Below, piece by piece: positions 8,867 to 15,694 of a DNA stretch of 16,121 nt. The position numbers and the translations under genes were made by a program. The stretch spans positions 1-16,121 of the forward strand of contig CBDDUX010000100.1 in the NCBI GenBank assembly GCA_965234725.1. The letters run 5' to 3'. The stretch's first letter is position 1. Every line of letters starts with the position of its first letter. This stretch comes from Thermoplasmatota archaeon (GTDB taxonomy: Archaea > Thermoplasmatota > Penumbrarchaeia > Penumbrarchaeales > Penumbrarchaeaceae). A model generated the notes under the pieces. The model saw nothing but the letters and a program-made list of their open reading frames with translations. It was not told the DNA's origin and ran no database searches.

Positions 8867-9609
8867 GCGATATGAAAGACCTTTTCTCGATCATTTCATC
8901 CACCGAGAGGATAGGGGTCGATATAGGATCGAGATCGACCAAGGTCGCCTCCGGAAAAGGAAGCGATATTCGACTGGGGATCTGCGACACACCTCTTTTT
9001 CTTGAGGCGATTGTGAAAGGGAAAATAAGGTCTTCCGATGAGATGATAACAACAGGTTATGGTAGACATAGGATCGGAAACAGATCCATTCCTGAGATAA
9101 GGGCGCATTCCACCGGAGTGATCCGCTCCATGGACCTCACTGACTGCACCATCCTCGACATCGGTGGTCAGGATTTCAAGGTTATCAGGGTCGAGGGGAA
9201 GGCCATAAGGGATTTCTCCATGAACGATAAATGCGCGGCAGGGACCGGTAGGTTCATGGAAAAGATGGCTGACCTTCTTTCAATGAGATTGGAAGAACTG
9301 GGAGACCATAAAGGGGGCAGGAAGATTCTGGAATCCACCTGTTCCGTTTTCACAGAAACTGAGATCATATCACTTATGATGGAAGGTATTGGAAGGGACG
9401 AACTTGCGCAAGGAGTTGTCCACTCTGTATATGAGAGGATCAGACCATATGTGAAGATGTATCCACTGGACCACCTAGTGTTGACAGGTGGTGTTTCCTC
9501 TTTCAAGGGACTTCAGAGGACCTTCTCTAAGGGACTGGATATCGATGTCCTTGTTCCTGAGAAGGCAAGGTTCATGGGTGCCCTGGGATGTCTATGGTCC
9601 AGAAAGTGA
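8863..9609 (+). CDS. ATP-dependent acyl-CoA dehydratase activator (HgdC/BadF-BadG-BcrA-BcrD ASKHA ATPase)
   Basis: GVDIGSRSTK, TGYGR, EIRAH, DIGGQDFK, MNDKCAAGTGRF, STCSVF (the two cluster Cys), TGGV. Overlaps the upstream stop; ATG 8872 is an alternative start. Confidence 0.92.
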   Translation: MSDMKDLFSIISSTERIGVDIGSRSTKVASGKGSDIRLGICDTPLFLEAIVKGKIRSSDEMITTGYGRHRIGNRSIPEIRAHSTGVIRSMDLTDCTILDIGGQDFKVIRVEGKAIRDFSMNDKCAAGTGRFMEKMADLLSMRLEELGDHKGGRKILESTCSVFTETEIISLMMEGIGRDELAQGVVHSVYERIRPYVKMYPLDHLVLTGGVSSFKGLQRTFSKGLDIDVLVPEKARFMGALGCLWSRK

Positions 9610-9663
9610 CAGATGGAAAAGTTAGAAATATGGTCTGGTATGTTAACGGTGACCGTGAGGAAA

Positions 9664-10176
9664 ATGAAAAGGACAGCGGTTTTATCATTCATTGGTCTGC
9701 TTTTGATCGTTATTGGATTACTCAATCTGGTCAATGCGCTTCCGTCAACGACCGTGGACCTTACGATCGAACCCGAAGGATACAACGGTAGCGTTCTTCC
9801 GGTTCTTGAATCAGATACCATTGACGTCAAGGTTGATAGCAATATTCCCGTGGATATCTATGTTATAAACTATGAACAACTTATCAATTTCCAGAGTGAC
9901 GATTTCGAATACGAAAAGAAATGGGAAGGAGAGACCTCCCTGAATGTCAATTACGAGGTCAACGACCTGGAAACAATATATTACATACTGATCATGAATC
10001 CCTCCGAGACCGAAACTGCAAATGTGAAATTGGAATACAAGCTATTCGAAGAGGTGGCAAAGGAAGCCGCAGAGGATGCATTCCAGGACGCTTGCTGTGG
10101 TGGGACAGTCATAGTAGGTCTGGTTCTTTTAGCTGCTATGGTTGCAATCGGTATCTATACGAAGAGAAGGGATTGA
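9664..10176 (+). CDS. Secreted/membrane-anchored hypothetical protein with C-terminal CCGG-TM-basic tail
   Basis: Signal-like N-terminus MKRTAVLSFIGLLLIVIGLLNLVNA (ATG 9664 after GTGAGG), acidic beta-rich core, and C-terminus DACCGGTVIVGLVLLAAMVAIGIYTKRRD. Confidence 0.8.
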   Translation: MKRTAVLSFIGLLLIVIGLLNLVNALPSTTVDLTIEPEGYNGSVLPVLESDTIDVKVDSNIPVDIYVINYEQLINFQSDDFEYEKKWEGETSLNVNYEVNDLETIYYILIMNPSETETANVKLEYKLFEEVAKEAAEDAFQDACCGGTVIVGLVLLAAMVAIGIYTKRRD

Positions 10177-10189
10177 TCCTAAAGATGGA

Positions 10190-11824
10190 CTATGCAATTT
10201 CCTGGTTCCTTCGTTTCTTGACCGATCTGACAATGAGGAATACAACAGGAATTGATATAATGACAATTCCCACAATACCAAGAGCAAGTGGTATCTTGTT
10301 CTGGAATAAGTCCAGATAGAATACAACATCATCCGAGATCTTGATGAGATCCCGCTGAAGGTCTTCGGTGAAGCCGAGGTCCAATGCAAAGGCTTCCACA
10401 GGTTTGTTCGAAAGTGGTAAGAGAAGGTTTTCAAAGAGTTCTGCAATTTTAAGGAGCTCTGAGGTGGTATTATCCGGAAGGTCCACCTTGAAGGATCCCA
10501 CTGACTGGTCGATTATTTCCAACGGTCCAGCAGATGTCACCCTTATCGTGCCATCCATTTTGAAATCAAGCATGAATCCGGTTATTGAATCGATATACCA
10601 TTCCTGGATGGTGTCCATATAGTAGGTTGTTCCAGGATGTCTGTATATCGGAATGATGGCATTTCCCCCTTCCACCTCAACGTTATATGTATACATCCTG
10701 TAGAGGTAAGCGTTCCTTCCGTTGACAGAGGTCTCTTCGGAGAATTCAGCGGTGTTCTCCATTCCCAGGTATTCGTCCCACATCTGATAATCCATCTTCT
10801 TCGGGTTTCCCACGGGGAATTGATAATAACCTGATCTCTGGGTGTTCCTGAATCCTCTCATATACTGATAATTCTCCCTGTCAACCGCGAAGCTCTCTGT
10901 CCTTCCCTGAAGGTCCTCCGGCAAGGGTTCTCCCGAGGACTTGTAGTAGTAGGTTACAGACTGTTCGTATAGAGCTACCATCTCATCCTCAGGATCGATC
11001 CTTCCTTTTGTTGATGTTTCCTTGATTACATTCGTCTCTTCCATTCTCCCGGGTACAGAGTCGCTGGGTATCCATATGGATTCCTCGGAGTACTGGACCT
11101 GCTCCTCCAATACCGTCAGAAGGGTTGAATCAGGGAAAATGAACGAACTTGATATCATCAATCTCAGATCATAGGGGATGGATGTCCTGGGGTCTAAGAC
11201 ATATTCGGTCTGGTCACTGAAGAGGATGGTGAGGTCATCAAGGAAAGGGAGGGTTTCTCCTTCCATTGATGAGAAACCTCCCAAATTAGAGGGAGATGAG
11301 GATTCCACATCTGTGATATTGGTCTTGAAGAGGTATCCAGTCCTTCCGAGAACCTCTGTTGTTCCCTTGAACTCAACGGTTGTGATATCGTTCAATCCGC
11401 TGTTGAAGATCTCATAGTCCTTCCGTTCGACCCCTCCAACGGGGAATGTAGCTCCCGATCCCTGGTCAAAGGAGGTATTGAAATTTTCGAATAATATTTC
11501 CCCCGTACTTGTATCAATGATACCTTTTGAGGTTATTTCAACATCTTTCCAGACCGTTTCGAACATCTCCAGGGAGGGTATCTGACCGGATGGAAGGGAT
11601 TCTTTCCCAGTCATGGCATCCCATATCAACCTCATGGAACCGATCCTTCCTTCCATAAAAGCTGAATCGCGTCCATCTCCCAATGAGAAGGATCTTCCGG
11701 AGGAGTCCATATTGCTCATCATCTCGGGAAGGATAATGGAATTCCATCCGAGACCAGCGGTCAGGATCAGAGATCCGGAAAGGATGGCAGCGAGTATAAT
11801 AATCAATTTAACTTTCATTTTCAC
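10190..11824 (-). CDS. DUF3068 / 'porin PorA family'-like membrane protein with two tandem copies of the domain
   Basis: N-terminal and C-terminal TM helices. Two FPVG..(E/K)(R/K).DY..(F/W)...F.....V.GR..YL(F/Y) blocks 209 aa apart, resembling the DUF3068 signature as I recall it. ATG 11818 is an alternative start. Confidence 0.65.
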   Translation of the reverse strand: MKMKVKLIIILAAILSGSLILTAGLGWNSIILPEMMSNMDSSGRSFSLGDGRDSAFMEGRIGSMRLIWDAMTGKESLPSGQIPSLEMFETVWKDVEITSKGIIDTSTGEILFENFNTSFDQGSGATFPVGGVERKDYEIFNSGLNDITTVEFKGTTEVLGRTGYLFKTNITDVESSSPSNLGGFSSMEGETLPFLDDLTILFSDQTEYVLDPRTSIPYDLRLMISSSFIFPDSTLLTVLEEQVQYSEESIWIPSDSVPGRMEETNVIKETSTKGRIDPEDEMVALYEQSVTYYYKSSGEPLPEDLQGRTESFAVDRENYQYMRGFRNTQRSGYYQFPVGNPKKMDYQMWDEYLGMENTAEFSEETSVNGRNAYLYRMYTYNVEVEGGNAIIPIYRHPGTTYYMDTIQEWYIDSITGFMLDFKMDGTIRVTSAGPLEIIDQSVGSFKVDLPDNTTSELLKIAELFENLLLPLSNKPVEAFALDLGFTEDLQRDLIKISDDVVFYLDLFQNKIPLALGIVGIVIISIPVVFLIVRSVKKRRNQEIA

Positions 11825-12021
11825 AGCCTTAGTTGATAATGGTGGTTCTATCAGTTAATAAAGACCCCTAACCATTGAGGTATGTGATAGGCCGTTAACG
11901 TTACAGGTCCAAGTATTTTCCTAAATATTTCCGATAGAAACGAAAGCTGTCATATTTTCCGCTTCATTTATATGATAACCATAACAAATTACATATAGGG
12001 GAAAAATCTGCCAACAAGACA

Positions 12022-12030
12022 TTTTAAATA
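12022..12030 (+). promoter_or_regulatory. TATA-like box with no downstream credible CDS
   Basis: TTTTAAATA preceded by purine-rich AACAAGA, about 20-25 nt before a GC-rich structured segment. Confidence 0.4.
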
Positions 12031-12047
12031 TTTAGAAAGAAGCATAT

Positions 12048-12170
12048 GGTAGTGTCTGGATGGACGAGCAAGTGGCGTCCATCAGCTAATAGAGGTCCTA
12101 GAAAAAAGAGCTCGAACCGTTCACCGGGGTACGGTTCGGGTACCCCTTGGGGTTTTGTCTCCCCAAGGGA
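12048..12170 (+). ncRNA. Candidate ~120-nt three-hairpin small RNA (or structured 3' end of the GNAT transcript on the - strand)
   Basis: Stems GATGGACG/CGTCCATC (12059-66/12076-83), CTCGAACCGT/ACGGTTCGGG (12111-20/12131-40) and CCCTTGGGG/CCCCAAGGG (12144-52/12161-69), GC-rich within an AT-rich intergenic region. Confidence 0.45.
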
Positions 12171-12674
12171 TCATCTTTTCTTGTCCAATTTCCAGTAAGT
12201 AGATTTTCCTATCCTTTCCGTCATTTCCATACCAACAGTTGAGAGAACCTTCTTTGATATCTGATTTGAATCCTCACATTCAGCGATTATCGATCTGACC
12301 CTATTATCAGACAGGACATGATCTATTAGACCGGAAACCGCCTCCATCATGTATCCCTTTCCTCTGTAAGGTATTGACATGGAATAACCTATCTCAACAA
12401 CCCCATTATTATCGGGGGGGCCTTTTAGACCCACATCACCAATGATTATACCGGATCCTTTAAGAGTAATGGTCCACACGTTCCATCCTATCAGAGTGGG
12501 ATCATCCATCAGATCGTTGATGAAATGCGGGAGAGCCTCGATAAGATGGCTGGAAGGCCACCCCTTAGCTCTGTTGAATCCATCAAGATCCCCTCTGTGC
12601 AAGTGAATAAGGTCCTCATGATCAAGGGCTCTGAGAACAAGCCTATCCGTGATAACGGTCGGACGCTCTACCAT
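12171..12674 (-). CDS. GNAT N-acetyltransferase, RimJ/RimL family
   Basis: TDRLVLR, IIGDVGLKGPP, VEIGYSM...YRGKGYMMEAV (acetyl-CoA motif A), N..SKKVL..VGM. Confidence 0.92.
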   Translation of the reverse strand: MVERPTVITDRLVLRALDHEDLIHLHRGDLDGFNRAKGWPSSHLIEALPHFINDLMDDPTLIGWNVWTITLKGSGIIIGDVGLKGPPDNNGVVEIGYSMSIPYRGKGYMMEAVSGLIDHVLSDNRVRSIIAECEDSNQISKKVLSTVGMEMTERIGKSTYWKLDKKR

Positions 12675-12740
12675 CGTTATAATGAGCGAATGGGGACTAT
12701 TTTTAATTTCTAAAAGATCCTTGAAAATATCGGACTGGTA

Positions 12741-12953
12741 TCACTCATGCTGATATTTGAAGGATATCTGAACCCTTGCCCTGTAAGCCACTATCTTTCC
12801 ATCCTCTATCTTGGTATCCAGTTTAACCACTTCACAGATCCTGAGGTCCCTTAGACTGACCGAAGCGGCTTCCACTGCGTTGTTCACTGCTTCTTCCCAG
12901 CTTTTCTCGGAGGACCCTACTAGCTCTATGACCTTGTATACACTATCCTGCAT
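12741..12953 (-). CDS. Dodecin (flavin/CoA-binding)
   Basis: 70 aa; VYKVIELVGSSEKSWEEAVNNAV..A..SLRDLR..EV, Y..RV.ISFKY; GAGGTG RBS. Confidence 0.93.
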   Translation of the reverse strand: MQDSVYKVIELVGSSEKSWEEAVNNAVEAASVSLRDLRICEVVKLDTKIEDGKIVAYRARVQISFKYQHE

Positions 12954-13095
12954 TTTGACACCTCAGGGGAAATGTGAATTGAACTTGGATTGATATAATA
13001 CTTTGGGAGGAGGAGAAATGAGGAATGGTCAAATATTACCAAATAGATATCAATTACAATCACAAGCTGAGAAAGGAGATCCATAAGGTGATCGT

Positions 13096-13728
13096 ATGAA
13101 AATGAGCAGGATCATCTTTCCCTGTATTCTTTTGATCTTGATCGAACAGGGTTCAGTAATGGCGGATAATGATCACAACGATGATCTGAGCACTTCCGAG
13201 CCAATTACCAATGGAATCCATAGAGGATCCGTTTCAAATGTTGATTCTGATTGTTACATCTTCATAGTACCCCAATTCACATCAATTCTCATAGAACTGG
13301 ATTCTCCAGAAAATGATACCATTCAATATCGATTGTTCGACATGGATATGGATTCATTGCATCCATTTAAAGACGCCTTCATTGTCAATAACCAGACCAA
13401 GACGGAGGCTCTATCAACCTATTGGCCGAACGAGACAGGGGTTTGGACCACTTTGCCTGGATTGATATTCGAAAATGGAGGTGAGATGGAGGATCGGGTC
13501 TATTTCGAGATCACAGGAAATGGCACCTATGAATTCTCTATTTATACAAGGGAGCTCAACGAACGGGAGAGGGGTGAGATAATCGAGTATTCGAAAACCG
13601 ATTATGAGTTTGCACCTTTATTACTCGGCATCGAGGTCCTGATCCTGATCGTCATTATAGGATCGATAGTGGGGATAATATTCCTTATCAGGTATTTGAT
13701 GGGGAGTAACGATAATGAAAATGGATAA
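13096..13728 (+). CDS. Secreted/membrane-anchored hypothetical protein (possible PPC-like beta-sandwich)
   Basis: AGGTGA RBS, hydrophobic N-terminus, G.V...DSD.Y.F.V pattern reminiscent of pre-peptidase C-terminal domains, and a long C-terminal TM segment. Confidence 0.72.
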   Translation: MKMSRIIFPCILLILIEQGSVMADNDHNDDLSTSEPITNGIHRGSVSNVDSDCYIFIVPQFTSILIELDSPENDTIQYRLFDMDMDSLHPFKDAFIVNNQTKTEALSTYWPNETGVWTTLPGLIFENGGEMEDRVYFEITGNGTYEFSIYTRELNERERGEIIEYSKTDYEFAPLLLGIEVLILIVIIGSIVGIIFLIRYLMGSNDNENG

Positions 13729-13953
13729 GCCAAAATTCGTTCTACATATCGCCTGAAGAGATAAAATCTGAATGGTGATAAGATTTTTCTCGGAATGGAG
13801 GAAGAATAAAAGGGAGAAGAGCAATGAAAATGTCTCCCAGAATGGATATAATTGAACAAATGCAAATGAATTTTAATCAAAGGGGGAATTGAGGTCTAAC
13901 CTATGTCGAATTAGTATTATAATATCACTTTAGGAAAATATTAAATTGAAATT

Positions 13954-13991
13954 AAAAAAAAATTGGACCCCAAAATAATATGGGGTCTTTT
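13954..13991. terminator. Hairpin flanked by A9 and T4 tracts between convergent genes (putative bidirectional terminator)
   Basis: GGACCCCA (13965-72)/TGGGGTCT (13981-88). The A9 at 13954-62 gives U9 on the - strand just downstream of the 14476-14015 gene. Confidence 0.6.
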
Positions 13992-14014
13992 CAGTTTTCT
14001 CTTTGATTAATCTT

Positions 14015-14476
14015 TCAATTTCGCCTTACGATGATCTTCTGTCCTTCGTTGTAACTCGATGACATAATATCATCATTATTGATGTATGCCCCTAGGTCTG
14101 CCTTTTCAGAATGGCCTACCTCGAATGTTTTAATCGTTGACAGGACAATGCTGAGTTTATCACCGGGTTTCAGTTGAAGATCTGTTAATGTGGTATTATC
14201 GAGAAGGATCTTCCCAGGACTCAAATCCTTAGATTGGTGTATAGAAAGTCTTCTCTGCTTATCATAGGTATCAGCAGCTTTGGTATTCTGAGGACGGAGC
14301 TTCATGGATACCGCCTTTCTGATTTCATTTGTTGTCATACCTTCTGTTATCTCGATGGATTTTGCGATATTTTTCGAGATAACTGGTGATGCTCCCGAAT
14401 CTCTAATGGACCTCTCGATCTTACCACGTTTTAAAGGTTCTGTTGTTCCATCTCTTTTCCTTATATTCAGTGTCAT
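14015..14476 (-). CDS. ATP-cone domain protein with C-terminal double-psi-beta-barrel-like domain (paralog A)
   Basis: IRKRDGTTEPLKRGKIERSI ATP-cone start and TTNEIRKAV. C-terminal half has two ILLD..TL.DLQLKPGDKLSI / AYIN..DI....YNEGQKIIV half-repeats. AAGGAGA RBS. Confidence 0.8.
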   Translation of the reverse strand: MTLNIRKRDGTTEPLKRGKIERSIRDSGASPVISKNIAKSIEITEGMTTNEIRKAVSMKLRPQNTKAADTYDKQRRLSIHQSKDLSPGKILLDNTTLTDLQLKPGDKLSIVLSTIKTFEVGHSEKADLGAYINNDDIMSSSYNEGQKIIVRRN

Positions 14477-14783
14477 TTCTTCATCTCCTTTGTATAATTA
14501 TATATCGACCAATATGACCATTGATATAAACTGAACCTATAATACCATGTTTCAATATTAAATACAATTCATGTGAAAATGTCATACATATTATAAATAT
14601 TGTAATATAAACGGTATTCTTTCATATGAAAATATTATTATTTATCAAGGCATTTGAATATTTAATAGGTTAAATATCAAAATTGTATATAATGTGTATA
14701 TCATCTTCAATAGATATTGAGGTATATATAAAATTCAACGATCCAATCTACGTTTGTCTGCAAAGACAACAGGAGATTGATTT

Positions 14784-15254
14784 ATGTCAATAAATATTAT
14801 TAAAAAGAATGGCCAGAAAGAGGCTTTCAGCAGAGAAAAACTAGAACGGTCAATGAAAACCATTGGTGTCTCAGATGATATCACAAAGAATATCATAAGT
14901 TCCATCGAGGAAAAAGAAGGGTTAAGATCGAATGATATCAGAAGAATGGTTACTCAACAATTGGAAAAAGTTGATAAACATAGCGCTGATAAATATAATA
15001 GACAAAGAAGGATAATCCTTCACCAATCGAAAGAACTGAAGAACGGAACCATCCTGATCGATAAACCTACATTGGCCGATCTCAAAATAACACCCGGTGC
15101 TTCAATTGACGTTGTGGTTGGGTCCAATTTAAAACCCTTTATAACTAGCCAAGGGACTACAACCGGTCCAGGAGCTTTCTTAAATATTAATGATATCAGA
15201 TCGTTGAACCAGAATGAAGGGACCAGGATTCTCATCCAAAGAAGAGAAGAATGA
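14784..15254 (+). CDS. ATP-cone domain protein with C-terminal double-psi-beta-barrel-like domain (paralog B)
   Basis: IIKKNGQKEAFSREKLERSM ATP-cone start and RSNDIRRMV; collinear with paralog A; AGGAG RBS. Confidence 0.8.
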   Translation: MSINIIKKNGQKEAFSREKLERSMKTIGVSDDITKNIISSIEEKEGLRSNDIRRMVTQQLEKVDKHSADKYNRQRRIILHQSKELKNGTILIDKPTLADLKITPGASIDVVVGSNLKPFITSQGTTTGPGAFLNINDIRSLNQNEGTRILIQRREE

Positions 15255-15272
15255 TAATCAGATAAAATAGAT

Positions 15273-15315
15273 GATGGACGAAGATTTTTACCTTTGATCG
15301 CAGACTTCGTTCATC
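15273..15315 (+). other. Stem-loop in the 3' region of paralog B, between convergent genes
   Basis: GATGGACGAAG (15273-83) pairs with CTTCGTTCATC (15305-15), with one G-U pair on the + strand. Confidence 0.45.
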
Positions 15316-15397
15316 CCAGCAAAAGGAGGTAAAACTGATATGGATGTTAGTAGATTGCCGGATGTCGCTGAAGATGGCAAACCAACCTAATTTAGGT

Positions 15398-15679
15398 TCA
15401 ATACCCTTTCCCTCTTGGAAATATCTTGGTAACCATGATCATCTTCTTCTTTTCATCGACTTCATAGACGATTCTGTAGTCACCAATTCGAACCCTGTAA
15501 ACGCTTTCTTCTCTGGAAGAGATCAACTTGAGATCTACATTTGGACGTTTAGTATGAGGATCCTGTTTTAATTGACTGAATAATTGCATCACTCTATCTC
15601 TCATCTCTGGTTTTCCAGATTTGATTATATCCTTCAATTTTTTAGCGAACTTCCTGGAATGAATTAATTCGTATGGAAT
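15398..15679 (-). CDS. relE: Type II toxin, RelE/ParE family (93 aa if started at ATT 15679)
   Basis: VYRVRIGDYRIVYEVD...I.V.KIFPRGKGY RelE signature. The frame extends upstream of the TTG (15637) as (I)PYELIHSRKFAKKLK, a typical RelE N-terminal strand-helix, behind GGAGTTGA. Confidence 0.88.
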   Translation of the reverse strand: MPYELIHSRKFAKKLKDIIKSGKPEMRDRVMQLFSQLKQDPHTKRPNVDLKLISSREESVYRVRIGDYRIVYEVDEKKKMIMVTKIFPRGKGY

Positions 15680-15694
15680 AAAATCAACTCCAGA

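Noticed and set aside
776..11858. Many antisense or alternate-frame ORFs (e.g. 3735-4475, 6696-7289, 9921-10319)
   Set aside because: They lie largely within or opposite well-supported genes and are typical shadow ORFs.
12108..12174. Group II intron domain V/VI look-alike (GAACCGT...GTACGGTTC then a hairpin)
   Set aside because: The helix is too short, lacks the AGC/CGC triad and AC bulge, and no upstream intron domains or RT gene are present.
12046..12198. 50-codon + strand ORF (MVVSGWTSKW...) through the structured element
   Set aside because: No RBS, no protein-like features, overlaps the GNAT 3' end; the stems explain the sequence better.
13729..13920. Short purine-rich ORF-like stretch with AATGAAAATG repeated from the end of the upstream gene
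   Set aside because: Under 30 codons and only a 10-nt match in AT-rich DNA; insufficient for a gene or pseudogene call.
14015..15254. NrdR or ribonucleotide reductase fragments
   Set aside because: No Zn-ribbon cysteines and no RNR catalytic region; both ORFs are complete and share a different C-terminal domain.
15245..15315. Selenocysteine readthrough (TGA plus downstream hairpin as SECIS) for paralog B
   Set aside because: TGA is immediately followed by TAA, it aligns near the paralog A terminus, and the GAA in the hairpin is base-paired.
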